Assembly: GCA_964558915.1 (NCBI GenBank)
Contig: CAZLFV010000004.1
Location: 643 to 64,642, forward strand
Length of the DNA stretch: 64,000 nucleotides
Origin: an uncultured Eubacteriales bacterium
Lineage (GTDB): Bacteria; Acidobacteriota; Aminicenantia; Aminicenantales; UBA8522
Direction: 5' to 3'
The translations under genes were made by a program, and so were the position numbers. Positions within the stretch are counted from its first letter, which is position 1. Every line of letters starts with the position of its first letter. The notes under the pieces were generated by a model. It saw only the letters and a program-made list of their open reading frames with translations, made no database searches and was not told the origin of the DNA. Positions 53,819 through 63,916 of the stretch are shown piece after piece.

Positions 53819-54082
53819 TTAAGACTGTTTATGAGGAACGTTCGTTGATTTGGAAGCTTTATTCAAAAGAGATCGGACCGTTTGGGACGCCCGGGCTCCC
53901 TTTTTTAGCCAAGAATTGGCTTTCTCAAGGTCAATTCGAATCTCCGCAGGGTCTTTTAGAGGATCGTACGTGCCGAGGAAATCCTTGGCATTGCCCTGCC
54001 TCGGACCCTTCGACTCCATAACCACAATCCGATAAAACGGCTTTTTTTTAGCACCGAAACGCATTAATCGCATACTCAACAT
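53819..54082 (-). CDS. rpsP: 30S ribosomal protein S16
   Basis: 87 aa. [21 protein letters not shown].. is the canonical S16 N-terminus. Confidence 0.95.
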   Translation of the reverse strand: MLSMRLMRFGAKKKPFYRIVVMESKGPRQGNAKDFLGTYDPLKDPAEIRIDLEKANSWLKKGARASQTVRSLLNKASKSTNVPHKQS

Positions 54083-54116
54083 GGTTAATTTACAATCCTT
54101 TAAAAAATGATTACGA

Positions 54117-54145
54117 ATGATAGCCGAAAACCGCTCTCAAGTCAA
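54117..54145 (-). promoter_or_regulatory. sigma-70-type promoter for the rpsP operon
   Basis: The minus strand reads TTGACT (rc of 54140-54145), 17 nt, TATCAT (rc of 54117-54122), about 35 nt upstream of the rpsP ATG with an AAAGGA SD in between. Confidence 0.45.
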
Positions 54146-54222
54146 CCTGTTTTCGGATCCCCTGAACGCGACATCATCAGAGAGCCTGCGCCGCTGGCCG
54201 CATGTATCCGCCTGCGGATTTC

Positions 54223-55554
54223 TCAACGGGAACGGGGGATAGAAGAAAGTATCTTTTTGAACTGAGACTTCTTCATCATCTTTTTCATCTCCATAAACTG
54301 CTTCAACAGCTGGTTGACCTCAAAAACCGGCCTTCCCGATCCCCTGGCGATCCGGAGCCGGCGGCGGCCGTCGATCATCCGGGGGTCATGCCTTTCCCGC
54401 GGCGTCATGGCATTGATAATAGCCTCGAAGTGGAGGATTTTTTTATCGTCCATCTCCACGGCAGACATGTCCCTAAACATGCCGGCATTGGGAAGATATT
54501 TCAGAATGGAGGAGAGCGAACCCATCTTTTTGACCTGGTGGAGCTGACGCCTGAAATCCTCGAGCGTGAATTCCTCTTTTTGAAGCTTGCGGGCGATCTC
54601 TTCTGCCTCTTTGATATCTGTCTCCTGCTCGGCCTTCTCGATCAGGGTGAGGATATCTCCCATCCCGAGAATACGCGAGGCCATCCGGTCGGGGTAGAAC
54701 ACCTCGAGCTTGTCGAATTTCTCCCCTGTTCCGACAAACCGAATCGGCTTCCCTGTAACCGAGACAATCGACAATGCCGCTCCTCCCCTGGCGTCTCCGT
54801 CGAGCTTGGTCAGGAGGATGGAGGAAAGACCGATTTTTTCTTCAAAAGCCTGGGCCGACCGGACGGCGTCCTGCCCGGTCATTGCATCTCCAACATAAAT
54901 GACCTCATCAGGCTGAAGTGCATCCTTGACCAGGCTAAGCTCCTCCATGAGTTCGTTGTCCACATGAAGCCGGCCGGCAGTATCGACGATAAGGGGGTCA
55001 TGCCCTCTATTTCTGGCGAAAAGGACAAGATCTTTGAGCGCCTTCTGAGGAGAGGCCATCTGCTCCTTGCTCATCTCATAGAAAGGCATGTTCAGCTGCC
55101 GGGCGATCATCTGCAGCTGGTCCTGCGCCGCTGGCCTTTTCAGGTCAAATGAGACAAGGAGCGGATTTTTCTGGAACCCGAGGGCCCATTTTGCCAGCTT
55201 CCCGCATGAGGTCGTCTTGCCCGATCCCTGAAGCCCGACCAGCATAAAAACGGATGGCGGACGGCTGGCAAAGCGTAAAGGCTTGGCTTCCCGGCCGAGG
55301 ATGAAGGTCAACTCGTCTCTGACGATCTTGATAACCTGCTGGGCTGGGGTTAGGCTTTCCAGGACTTCCTGGTTGAGAGCCTTGGACTGGATCTTCTCGA
55401 TAATCTCCTTGACAACTTTGTAATTGACATCTGCCTCGAGAAGGGCCAAGCGGATCATTCTTAAGGCCTCGGCCATGTTCTTTTCTGTGATTTTCCCCTC
55501 GCCCCGGAGATATTTCATCACCTTCTGGAGGCGTGTGGAGAGCTGTTCGAACAT
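54223..55554 (-). CDS. ffh: signal recognition particle protein Ffh
   Basis: 443 aa. N, G (GLQGSGKTTSCGKLA, DTAGRL, TKLDGDARGG) and Met-rich M domains. Confidence 0.96.
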   Translation of the reverse strand: MFEQLSTRLQKVMKYLRGEGKITEKNMAEALRMIRLALLEADVNYKVVKEIIEKIQSKALNQEVLESLTPAQQVIKIVRDELTFILGREAKPLRFASRPPSVFMLVGLQGSGKTTSCGKLAKWALGFQKNPLLVSFDLKRPAAQDQLQMIARQLNMPFYEMSKEQMASPQKALKDLVLFARNRGHDPLIVDTAGRLHVDNELMEELSLVKDALQPDEVIYVGDAMTGQDAVRSAQAFEEKIGLSSILLTKLDGDARGGAALSIVSVTGKPIRFVGTGEKFDKLEVFYPDRMASRILGMGDILTLIEKAEQETDIKEAEEIARKLQKEEFTLEDFRRQLHQVKKMGSLSSILKYLPNAGMFRDMSAVEMDDKKILHFEAIINAMTPRERHDPRMIDGRRRLRIARGSGRPVFEVNQLLKQFMEMKKMMKKSQFKKILSSIPRSR

Positions 55555-55706
55555 CGTCTTCCTTCCCTGGAACGAGCAATTAGACTCCCCATCTTAAGAG
55601 ATTTCTCCAGGCCAAGTCAAACTCTCGGCTTGACAATTTCTGTCTTTATGGATAACTTAATCATCAACCGAGGAAGGGCACATTGACCTCTTTGGAGGAC
55701 AGTTTT

Positions 55707-56186
55707 ATGAAAAATAAGATTGATTACGAAGAAATTGCCCGGCTCGTTAACTTTCTGGAGGAAAAAAAACTGACCAATTTTGAGCTGGAAGTTGAGGGCT
55801 TTAAAATCAAGATTAGCAGGGCTGTAGGCCCGATCGCAGCGCCAGGGCCAGAAAAGGCCTCAGTCCCGACGGCAAATCCGACGCTTGAAACTGAAAAGTC
55901 CCCTCTTCCGGCTGAGCCGAACCCTCAGGAAGCAGGAGATGGCCTCTATTATGTCACTTCCCCCATGGTGGGGACGTTTTATCGGGCACCAGACCCGACC
56001 TCTTCCCCCTTTGTTGACATCGGAGACGAGGTCAAGAAAAGCCAAACGCTTTGCATCGTTGAAGCCATGAAACTGATGAACGAAATCCAATCCGAAGTGG
56101 ACGGGGTGGTCAAAGAAATCTACGTAGAAAATGGAAAACCCGTCGAGTATGGCCAAAAATTGTTCGGAATCCAGACCGCCAGCTGA
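55707..56186 (+). CDS. accB: acetyl-CoA carboxylase biotin carboxyl carrier protein
   Basis: The ATG at 55707 is preceded by GGAGGA; the track's TTG at 55683 is rejected. Pro/Ala linker. Biotinylation motif CIVEAMKLMNEI. Confidence 0.9.
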   Translation: MKNKIDYEEIARLVNFLEEKKLTNFELEVEGFKIKISRAVGPIAAPGPEKASVPTANPTLETEKSPLPAEPNPQEAGDGLYYVTSPMVGTFYRAPDPTSSPFVDIGDEVKKSQTLCIVEAMKLMNEIQSEVDGVVKEIYVENGKPVEYGQKLFGIQTAS

Positions 56187-56192
56187 TTTCCA

Positions 56193-57545
56193 ATGTTCTC
56201 CAAAATCCTGATAGCCAATAGGGGGGAGATTGCCCTCCGGATCATGCGGGCAGCTCACGAGCTGGGCATTAAAACAGTCGCTGTTTTCTCTGAGAGCGAC
56301 CGGAACGCCCTCCATGCCATCCTGGCCGACGAAAAAATCTGCATCGGCCCGGCTCGAGCCTCCGACAGCTACCTGAATATCCCTAACCTGCTCAGCGCAG
56401 CCGAAATTACTCAAGCGGATGCGATTCATCCGGGCTACGGCTTCCTGGCGGAAAACCCCCGTTTTGCCGAGATCTGCGAATCCTCCGGGATTACTTTCAT
56501 CGGGCCAACTCCCGCCCTAATAAAGCTCATGGGAAACAAAAGTCTGGCCCGACAAGAGATGAGGAAGGCCAAACTCCCAATCGTCCCTGGAAGCGACGAG
56601 ATAATCGAAGACATTGCCGAGGCAAAAAAAACCGCTAAGAAGATCGGCTATCCGGTCATAACCAAGGCAGCGGCCGGAGGCGGCGGCAAAGGCATGAGGA
56701 TCGCCCGATCGCAGACCCAACTTGAGGAACAATTCAACCTGGCCCAGAATGAAGCCAAGTCAGCTTTCAATGACTCCTCCCTGTATATTGAAAAGTACCT
56801 GCCCGAGGCCCGGCACATCGAAATTCAGGTCATCGGCGACAAGAAAGGAAACGTGGTCGCGCTTGGGGAAAGGGAGTGTTCCATCCAGAGGAAACACCAG
56901 AAAATCATCGAAGAGACTCCCTCGCCCTTTGTGGATGAGAGGCTGCGCAAAAGGATGATCAATTATACTCAAGATGCTGCCCAGGCCATCGGCTACGAAA
57001 GTCTTGGCACTTTTGAGTTTCTTGTGGACGAAAAAAAGAACTTCTATTTCATGGAAGCAAACACCCGCATCCAGGTTGAACACCCAATCACGGAAATGGT
57101 CTACAATATTGACCTCGTCAAAGAACAGATCGCGATCGCCGCCGGGGAGAAACTCTCCATCCCCGAGGATTTAGAAATGAGAGGCCACAGTATAGAATGC
57201 CGCATCAACGCCGAGGATCCCGCAACTTTCGTCCCTTCGCCCGGCACGATCGACTTCCTCGTCTTTCCCGGGGGAACTGGCATCCGGGTTGATTCGGCCG
57301 CCTATCAGGGCTGGAAAATCCCTTCCGACTATGATTCTCTCTTAGCCAAAGTGACGGGTTTGGCTCCCTCGCGGCTTGAGGTCATAAAAAAAATGCAAGC
57401 GGCCCTGGAAATGACGACAATTGTCGGAATAAAAACCAACCTTCCCCTCCATCTTCAGATTCTCTCCGACTCGGATTTTCTCAACGGAGAATACAATACT
57501 CGGTTCATGGAGAGGTTCCTCGGAAAAAACAACAACTCGAAATAG
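56193..57545 (+). CDS. accC: acetyl-CoA carboxylase biotin carboxylase subunit
   Basis: 450 aa. MFSKILIANRGEIALRI.., an ATP-grasp domain, and EMNTRIQVEHP-like MEANTRIQVEHPITE. Confidence 0.96.
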   Translation: MFSKILIANRGEIALRIMRAAHELGIKTVAVFSESDRNALHAILADEKICIGPARASDSYLNIPNLLSAAEITQADAIHPGYGFLAENPRFAEICESSGITFIGPTPALIKLMGNKSLARQEMRKAKLPIVPGSDEIIEDIAEAKKTAKKIGYPVITKAAAGGGGKGMRIARSQTQLEEQFNLAQNEAKSAFNDSSLYIEKYLPEARHIEIQVIGDKKGNVVALGERECSIQRKHQKIIEETPSPFVDERLRKRMINYTQDAAQAIGYESLGTFEFLVDEKKNFYFMEANTRIQVEHPITEMVYNIDLVKEQIAIAAGEKLSIPEDLEMRGHSIECRINAEDPATFVPSPGTIDFLVFPGGTGIRVDSAAYQGWKIPSDYDSLLAKVTGLAPSRLEVIKKMQAALEMTTIVGIKTNLPLHLQILSDSDFLNGEYNTRFMERFLGKNNNSK

Positions 57546-57548
57546 CGT

Positions 57549-58118
57549 TTACTGGTCGGTTTTTTCGGCTGGCGTGATAGTCACCTTGAATTCCCCGGAA
57601 TTGTCGCCAGTGACATTCTCGTTGATACCAAGATAAAGGCGGCCATTTGCCGGCATCTCAACCAGGTTCCCAGATCCTACAAAAAACGTCTGGGCGGCCT
57701 CTTGTCTTTTCTCCTCGCCGGTCTTCTCATTGACAATAACGGTCACAGAAATCACGACCTTTCCGATGAGAGCTCCCAGGTTTTTCTCGGGCAGAGGTTG
57801 CTGAATGGTTTGAAGGTCATAGCCGTCGGGACCGCACTCGGCTTCGGGATTTCCCTTCTGCAGGGAAATCTTTCCCTGGGCCTTAATAATGAACTCCTGG
57901 CCCCGAACGACGTCCAATCCTGTGTCTGTCCAGGGAAGATTTCCGGGGACAACCACGGCCTGGGATTGCTCTTCGCCAGGAGGAAACGCAGCCTCTCCCT
58001 GCGCCCCGCTACCTAGGGAAGGCCAAAGATCCCCGGTAGCGGGAAAAACCAGACACAACAGGACGGCCTGGGATAAAGCAACAAAACCGGCTGCTCTATT
58101 GGCTTTCTTTTTTGTCAT
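57549..58118 (-). CDS. hypothetical secreted protein (possible PA-IL/LecA-like beta-sandwich)
   Basis: 189 aa. Signal peptide. WTDTGLDVVRGQEFIIKAQGKISL..GPDGY..GALIGKV..FFVGSG..GRLYLGINENVTGDNSGEFKVTI resembles the PA-IL-like fold pattern. This is a weak call. Confidence 0.5.
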   Translation of the reverse strand: MTKKKANRAAGFVALSQAVLLCLVFPATGDLWPSLGSGAQGEAAFPPGEEQSQAVVVPGNLPWTDTGLDVVRGQEFIIKAQGKISLQKGNPEAECGPDGYDLQTIQQPLPEKNLGALIGKVVISVTVIVNEKTGEEKRQEAAQTFFVGSGNLVEMPANGRLYLGINENVTGDNSGEFKVTITPAEKTDQ

Positions 58119-58146
58119 GATTTTTTTTATCTATTACTGTCTCTCG

Positions 58147-58938
58147 TTAGCTCTCTTTTCCCCTCTGAAGCACTCGTATCATTTGGTCATGGATCAACCC
58201 GTTGGTCGCCAGCGCCTCGGGCCCATAAATGCTGAACTCCGAGCCGTCGAAATCAGATAACCGGCCTCCCGCTTCCTGGGCAATTAATCCCGCTGCCGCC
58301 ACATCCCAAGGATGGAGCTTGAGTTCCCAAAACCCGTCAAACCGGCCACAGGCAACATAACAAATATCCAGGGCGGCTGAACCGCACCGCCGGATGGCCT
58401 GGGCTCGAGTCAAGAAATTATTGAAATGGACTGCATTGTTGACCGGGCTCATCCGGACGTCGTAGGGAAAGCCGGTCGCCAGAAGGCTCTTGCCGAGGTC
58501 GGTCTCAGAAGACACATGGATTTCTTTTCCGTTACAAGAGGCCCCTTCGCCCGCAACTGCCTCGAACAACTCGTCTTGCATCGGATCGTAAACAACGCCG
58601 ACGATAATCCTTCCTTGAAACTCCAGACCGATGGAGACGCAGAAAATCGGCACGCCGTGGGCGTAATTGGTCGTGCCGTCCAGAGGGTCGATGATCCAGC
58701 GAAATTCCCGCCGCTCGCCGTGATTCAACCCTTCCTCAGCCAGAAAACCATGGTCAGGAAAGGATTCTCGGAGGCGGTTAAGTATCATCTCCTGGGCCCT
58801 GTGGTCGAAGTTCGTGACCAAGTCAATTGCTCCTTTGAAAATAACCCGGCTTCTCTCATTCAACCCCAGCTTGAGCATTTTCCCTGCTTCAAGGGCTGCC
58901 TCATGGGCGGCGTGCAGGAATCTTGACCATCTCACCAT
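58147..58938 (-). CDS. inositol monophosphatase-family protein (SuhB-like)
   Basis: 263 aa. WIIDPLDGTTNY and WDVAAG motifs. Confidence 0.9.
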   Translation of the reverse strand: MVRWSRFLHAAHEAALEAGKMLKLGLNERSRVIFKGAIDLVTNFDHRAQEMILNRLRESFPDHGFLAEEGLNHGERREFRWIIDPLDGTTNYAHGVPIFCVSIGLEFQGRIIVGVVYDPMQDELFEAVAGEGASCNGKEIHVSSETDLGKSLLATGFPYDVRMSPVNNAVHFNNFLTRAQAIRRCGSAALDICYVACGRFDGFWELKLHPWDVAAAGLIAQEAGGRLSDFDGSEFSIYGPEALATNGLIHDQMIRVLQRGKES

Positions 58939-58988
58939 GACCTTCCTATATTAGCAACTCTCCGGATCGTTCGCAATCGCAAAACTTT

Positions 58989-59017
58989 TTGCCCTTTCTG
59001 CCGTAATGTAATATGAT
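58989..59017 (+). promoter_or_regulatory. candidate sigma-70-type promoter for the adaptor/ABC operon
   Basis: TTGCCC (58989-58994), 17 nt, TATGAT (59012-59017). An AAAGGA SD lies 3 nt before the ATG at 59033. Confidence 0.3.
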
Positions 59018-59032
59018 ATATGCAAAAGGAAC

Positions 59033-60292
59033 ATGAAATATCGGATCGTATGGTATAGAAAAATGAAAGAACAAAAGAATCTGAAATCCAGGCGGAAAAA
59101 GATACTCATCGGGGCCACTGTCATCGTGGTGATCGGGCTTGTCGTCTTCTTTAACCTCCGGGCCAAAAGAGAGAAATCGATCAAGGTCACCATCGAGAAG
59201 ATCCAGCTCCATGATCTGACCTCGAAGGTTTCAGCTTCGGGAGAGGTTAAGCCCAAAAAGAACGTCGAAATTAGCGCCCAGGCACATGGCCGCATCGTCA
59301 AGATCGGCGTCGTCGAAGGCCAGGAGGTCAAGGCCGGAGATTTTCTGCTCAAGCTTGACGCAACCCAGTACGAGGCCAACGCCGAGAGAGACCGCGCGCT
59401 CACTCAGTCCTACAGGTCCCAGCTCATCCAGTCTGAGGCCAGGATGAAAAGGGAGAAGAATAATTACAACCGCCAAAAGCAGCTCTTTGCTAGCCAGCTC
59501 ATTTCCACTGAACAGCTGGAAGCAGCCAAAGTCCAGTATGATATCGCCGTGGCTGAGGTCGAGAGCATCCGCCATCAGATCCAACAGGCCGAAGCGTCCC
59601 TCAAGAGTTCTCTCGATAGCCTGACTAAGACCGTCTACAATTCTCCGATCAACGGCATTGTTACTAGCCTTCCTGTCGAAGAAGGCGAGATGGCGATCAT
59701 GGGAACTATGAATTTTTCCGGGACTGTCCTTATGACCATCGCCGACCTCTCAGAAATGGAAGTGGAGGTCGAGGTGGACGAGACAGATGTGGTTGGCGTC
59801 ACGCTCGGCCAGAAGGCGGACGTAAAAGTCGATGCCCTCCCCAACCAAGTTCTCCAGGGGACTGTAACGGAGATCGGGAGCTCGGCCATGGAAAAAGTGA
59901 GCGCGACGCAACAGGAATCGCGGGATTTCCTGGTCAAAGTCACCCTCGTCAACGCTCCGCAGAGTTTGAAACCTGGGCTATCCGCCTCGGCAGATATCAT
60001 TACGGCAGAGAAAAAGGGAGTTGTAGCCGTTCCCATCTCCGCTCTGGTGCTCCGGGAAAAAGAATCAAAGAACTCCCCGAGCAAAGAAAAAACAGAGGAA
60101 GAGGGTGTCTATGTGGTCGACCGCGGCCGAGCGAAATTCATCCCCGTGACCAAGGGAATCATGGGCGGTCTGCTCATCGAAATCACCTCCGGCCTCAAGG
60201 AAGGCCAGGAAGCTATCGTCGGCCCGTACAGCGCGCTGCGAGACCTCAAGGACGGGACCTTGGTCAAATTTGAGGAAAAGAAAGCAGGCTAG
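59033..60292 (+). CDS. periplasmic adaptor (membrane fusion protein, HlyD/MacA-like)
   Basis: 419 aa. N-terminal anchor, lipoyl-like halves flanking a long coiled-coil hairpin (..[40 protein letters not shown]..), and a beta-barrel domain. Confidence 0.85.
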   Translation: MKYRIVWYRKMKEQKNLKSRRKKILIGATVIVVIGLVVFFNLRAKREKSIKVTIEKIQLHDLTSKVSASGEVKPKKNVEISAQAHGRIVKIGVVEGQEVKAGDFLLKLDATQYEANAERDRALTQSYRSQLIQSEARMKREKNNYNRQKQLFASQLISTEQLEAAKVQYDIAVAEVESIRHQIQQAEASLKSSLDSLTKTVYNSPINGIVTSLPVEEGEMAIMGTMNFSGTVLMTIADLSEMEVEVEVDETDVVGVTLGQKADVKVDALPNQVLQGTVTEIGSSAMEKVSATQQESRDFLVKVTLVNAPQSLKPGLSASADIITAEKKGVVAVPISALVLREKESKNSPSKEKTEEEGVYVVDRGRAKFIPVTKGIMGGLLIEITSGLKEGQEAIVGPYSALRDLKDGTLVKFEEKKAG

Positions 60293-60294
60293 GA

Positions 60295-60996
60295 ATGGAC
60301 CCCCAGGACGGCACGCTCATCAGGGCGGAAAACCTCTGGAAAATATACAAGCTTGAAAAACAAGAAGTTGTTGCCCTCCAGGGCGTCACTTTTACTGTCC
60401 AGCCCAATGAGTTTTTTGCCATCATGGGACCGTCCGGCTCCGGCAAATCAACCCTGATGAACCTCATTGGTTGCCTGGATACCCCTACTGAAGGCAATTA
60501 TTTTCTAAAAGGCAAATTGGTCAGCACCATGAGCGAAAATGAGCTGGCCTACATCCGCAACCGTGAAATCGGGTTTGTTTTCCAGGTCTTCAATCTTCTC
60601 CCCAGAGCCTCCGCCTTCCGCAATGTCGAGCTTCCTCTAATTTATAAGGGAACCAAGAAGCACGAAAGGGAAGAGAGGGTCAGGAAGGCTCTGGACATGG
60701 TTGAGATGACCCCGCGGATGAATCACCGGCCTCCGGAGCTGTCGGGAGGAGAGAGACAACGGGTGGCCATAGCCCGTGCTTTGGTCAACGAACCCTCTAT
60801 TCTGTTGGCCGACGAGCCGACAGGGAATCTTGATTCAAAGACCGGATCAGAGATCATGAACCTGTTTCGCAAGCTCCATGATCAAGGCAACACCATCATT
60901 ATCGTGACCCATGACCGGGACATCGCCCACCAAACGCAACGGATCATATTCCTTAAAGATGGCAAAATTGAGAGAGAAGAGCGGAAAGGAGGATGA
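60295..60996 (+). CDS. ABC transporter ATP-binding protein (MacB/LolD-type)
   Basis: 233 aa. GPSGSGKST Walker [16 protein letters not shown] signature, [12 protein letters not shown] Walker B. Confidence 0.93.
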   Translation: MDPQDGTLIRAENLWKIYKLEKQEVVALQGVTFTVQPNEFFAIMGPSGSGKSTLMNLIGCLDTPTEGNYFLKGKLVSTMSENELAYIRNREIGFVFQVFNLLPRASAFRNVELPLIYKGTKKHEREERVRKALDMVEMTPRMNHRPPELSGGERQRVAIARALVNEPSILLADEPTGNLDSKTGSEIMNLFRKLHDQGNTIIIVTHDRDIAHQTQRIIFLKDGKIEREERKGG

Positions 60997-61709
60997 GGAT
61001 GAACTTCTTCAGCCGCTTCTTTGGGATATTCTTTGATCCCGGCCGGACCTTTGCCGTCCTGGCCGAGCGGCCCGTCTGGGTTGACGCCCTGATCGTCCTT
61101 CTCATCGTGGCCGCCGTATTCAGCTATCTCGTCGCTCCCTACATGCAAAAGGACAGCCTCCAGATGATGGAGGACAATGCGGCCAAGCTCAAGCAAAAAT
61201 GGGGAGAAGAAAGATACAACCTCGTCCTGCAGCGGACTCAAAGCATATCCTCAGCCCGACGTCTCATCAATTCAGCAGTCCTTTCACCGATGACTCTTCT
61301 TATCGGTCTCCTTTTCTCCTCATTGATCATTCTTGGCCTGAGCCGCATCGTCTCCACCCAGGGAAATTATCTCAAGGTTTTTTCCGCGCTCATTCACGCC
61401 AACTTTGTGGACAAGATTCTCGGCAATGCGCTCAGGCTTCTGCTCATTATCGGCAAGAAATCAGTCCTGCAAACCTCGACCAGCCTGGCCGCCTTCTTCC
61501 CTAAACTCGAGGTTACATCCTTGCCCTATATCGTCCTTGCGCAATTTGATTTCTTCCAAATCTGGCTCTTCGGCATCTTTGGCCTCGGTCTTGCGGCCAT
61601 CTTCAAGATCAACCTTAAGAAGGCCCTGTTCATCTCTTACGGATTCTGGTTCATCAAAAGCTTGTTCAACATCGCTCTCAGCCTGTTGCTCATGTCTTAC
61701 CTGCGCTAA
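60993..61709 (+). CDS. Yip1-domain-like polytopic membrane protein
   Basis: 238 aa. The N-terminus [34 protein letters not shown] is typical of bacterial YIP1-family proteins. About 5 TM. 4-nt overlap with the ATPase gene. Confidence 0.7.
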   Translation: MRMNFFSRFFGIFFDPGRTFAVLAERPVWVDALIVLLIVAAVFSYLVAPYMQKDSLQMMEDNAAKLKQKWGEERYNLVLQRTQSISSARRLINSAVLSPMTLLIGLLFSSLIILGLSRIVSTQGNYLKVFSALIHANFVDKILGNALRLLLIIGKKSVLQTSTSLAAFFPKLEVTSLPYIVLAQFDFFQIWLFGIFGLGLAAIFKINLKKALFISYGFWFIKSLFNIALSLLLMSYLR

Positions 61710-61757
61710 TGCGGATAAGCATTGCCCTCATCTCCAATCTCGCAGCGGTGGGCCCGT

Positions 61758-61788
61758 TCCGGAAAAGTCTTTCCGGACAATTTTATTT
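61758..61788 (+). terminator. rho-independent terminator after the Yip1-like gene
   Basis: TCCGGAAA (61758-61765), AGTC loop, TTTCCGGA (61770-61777), followed by a CAATTTTATTT T-rich tail. Confidence 0.5.
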
Positions 61789-61815
61789 GACAGAGAGACG
61801 CGCTCCACATAAATT
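61787..61815 (+). promoter_or_regulatory. candidate sigma-70-type promoter upstream of the DUF4388-like gene
   Basis: TTGACA (61787-61792), 17 nt, TAAATT (61810-61815). The GTG start at 61822 would be almost leaderless, so either the promoter or the start call is uncertain. Confidence 0.25.
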
Positions 61816-61821
61816 ATTCTT

Positions 61822-62925
61822 GTGAACGAAAAGTCCTGGCGTGGAGACCTGGCCACAACTCCTCTCCCCCAGCTTCTCTTCCGCATCTGGGAAGGAAAAG
61901 AGTCAGGATATCTAAGAATTCAAGGCCAGGGGGTTGTGAAAAACCTCTGCTTCTCGGAAGGCGAACTTTCCCTGGCTGAGGGCTCTTTTTCAGAGGAAGA
62001 CTTCGCTAAGAGATTGGTCAGCAGCAATCTCCTCTCCAGCCAACAGGTTGATGAATCATCAAAATATGCCCTGGAGAACAAGATTTCACTCCTGCGGGCA
62101 CTTATTGAGCGAGGCGTCCTTCCAGCTTCTCGCGCCTTGCGGACCTTGACCGAGTTCTGGCGGGAAGACTTGGGTTCGCTTTTCGACTGGCCCCGGGCAG
62201 ACTTTTTCTTCGACTCGAGCCCGGCCATTCCAAGAGTTCAAGTTTATGCACTGGCCTCGACTCCCGAATTTATCATCCTGGGAATCCGGGGGATGAAAAA
62301 TTTCGACCTGATCGAGGCCTTCCTTCCCTCAGAGTCCGCATCTCTTCAGGTTCTTTCTCCGGCTCATACCGAGCTTCTCAAGCTCAATGCGCCCGAAAAA
62401 TATGTCCTGAGCATTCTCCCGCACGCCCCCACTTTGCAGGAGCTCTACAGTGTCAGTCAGCTGGGCAAGAAGGAAACCCAACGGGCAATCTTCGAACTTC
62501 TCCATTTAGGCGTGGTGGGGCTCACCCAGCCCAGGAACACGGTCAAACCGACGCCGGACTTCTCTTCGGCCGGACTGGAGAAAATCTGGGGTGATTTTAA
62601 CGACAAGTGCTCTTTCATATTCAAATATATCTCCAAAGAGATTGGGCCAGTCGGGCTGAATGTTGTGGAAAAAGCCCTGGATGAGGTCAGGGCGAAACTG
62701 GGCCCTCCTCTTCAGGGCCTCGAGCTGAGGGCCGACGGCCGCATTGAGCTCAAGCCCTTCCCGCTCCTGAGCCTCAACCTCTACAACGAAGAGAGCTTCA
62801 AGAACTTTATCCGCGTGCTCAACGAAATCCTGGTGGCAGAGGTCCTGGCCGTCAAGAAAACACTGGGAAACGCCCACGAAGCTGCAGTCGTGAAAAACTT
62901 GGAAAGAATCGGGGATTCAACGTGA
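61822..62925 (+). CDS. DUF4388 (PATAN-associated)-like domain protein
   Basis: 367 aa from a GTG start. The N-terminus GDLATTPLPQLLFRIWEGKESGYLRIQ..LCFSEGEL matches the DUF4388 pattern. The rest is uncharacterised. Confidence 0.6.
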   Translation: MNEKSWRGDLATTPLPQLLFRIWEGKESGYLRIQGQGVVKNLCFSEGELSLAEGSFSEEDFAKRLVSSNLLSSQQVDESSKYALENKISLLRALIERGVLPASRALRTLTEFWREDLGSLFDWPRADFFFDSSPAIPRVQVYALASTPEFIILGIRGMKNFDLIEAFLPSESASLQVLSPAHTELLKLNAPEKYVLSILPHAPTLQELYSVSQLGKKETQRAIFELLHLGVVGLTQPRNTVKPTPDFSSAGLEKIWGDFNDKCSFIFKYISKEIGPVGLNVVEKALDEVRAKLGPPLQGLELRADGRIELKPFPLLSLNLYNEESFKNFIRVLNEILVAEVLAVKKTLGNAHEAAVVKNLERIGDST

Positions 62926-62991
62926 GCCGGAAACAACTCCTCTCGCTCCTCCTGTTTATTACCGCAATCGCACTTCTTTTCTTGATCACCA

Positions 62992-63915
62992 TTGGACTCT
63001 AAAGGCAAAAATCTGGTCATCATCCTGGGTCCCACGGGAGTGGGAAAAAGCGCCGCCGGCGTCTATCTTGCCGAAAAATTCAACGGGGAGATTATCAATT
63101 GTGATTCGATGCAGGTCTATAAAGAGTTTGACATCGGGACGGATAAGCCCACAGCCGAGATGCAGCAAAGAGCGCCTCATCATCTTCTCGATATCATCGC
63201 CTGGTCCACCCAATTTACCGCGGCCGATTTTGTGCGCGAAGCGCTGGCCGCGATCCGACTCGTCGAAGGCAAAGGAAAGCTTCCCTTCATCGTTGGCGGA
63301 ACCGGGCTCTATCTTAAGGCCCTCCTGGAAGGTCTTTTCCCCGGCCCGGGAAAAGACGCCAAGCTCCGGGAGCGGCTTGAAAAAGAAGCCAGGACCGAAG
63401 GATTGGACAGTCTGAGAAAAAAGCTCGAAGAGGTCGATCCGTCGTATGCCCGGGTTATTGGCCCGAGAGACAAGATGAGAATAATCCGCGCTTTAGAGGT
63501 TTATTACTTGACGGGCCAGCCCATATCTCTTCATTTTTTAAACACCAGACCCCCTCTCTCTGATTTTCATCTGCTCAAAATTGGTTTACAATTGGATAGA
63601 AAAGAGCTTTACCGGAGAATCGAAGAGCGAGTCGAGACGATGTTCAAGAAGGGCATAGTCGCGGAAGTCGAAAATCTTCTGGCCAAGGGCGTCGAGCCGT
63701 CGGCTCCTCCTTTTCGGGCGCTGGGCTATAAATATGTCCTCCAATTCTTACAAAAGAACATCTCCCTCGAGGAAGCGGTGGCAATGACAAAGAGAGACAC
63801 ACGCCGCTACGCCAAAAGGCAGGTCACCTGGTTTAAGAAAATGGCTAGAATCAACTGGTTTGCCGCCGCCGATTATTCTTCCCTTTCCCGTTTCCTCGAA
63901 GCCAATCTGGCATAG
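62992..63915 (+). CDS. miaA: tRNA dimethylallyltransferase
   Basis: 307 aa from a TTG start. GPTGVGKS P-loop, DSMQVYKEFDIGTDKP, HHLLD motifs. Confidence 0.93.
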   Translation: MDSKGKNLVIILGPTGVGKSAAGVYLAEKFNGEIINCDSMQVYKEFDIGTDKPTAEMQQRAPHHLLDIIAWSTQFTAADFVREALAAIRLVEGKGKLPFIVGGTGLYLKALLEGLFPGPGKDAKLRERLEKEARTEGLDSLRKKLEEVDPSYARVIGPRDKMRIIRALEVYYLTGQPISLHFLNTRPPLSDFHLLKIGLQLDRKELYRRIEERVETMFKKGIVAEVENLLAKGVEPSAPPFRALGYKYVLQFLQKNISLEEAVAMTKRDTRRYAKRQVTWFKKMARINWFAAADYSSLSRFLEANLA

Positions 63916-63916
63916 A

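Noticed and set aside
54202-55152. 316-aa plus-strand ORF
   Set aside because: It is antisense to ffh (SRP54), which has canonical GTPase motifs. A composition artefact.
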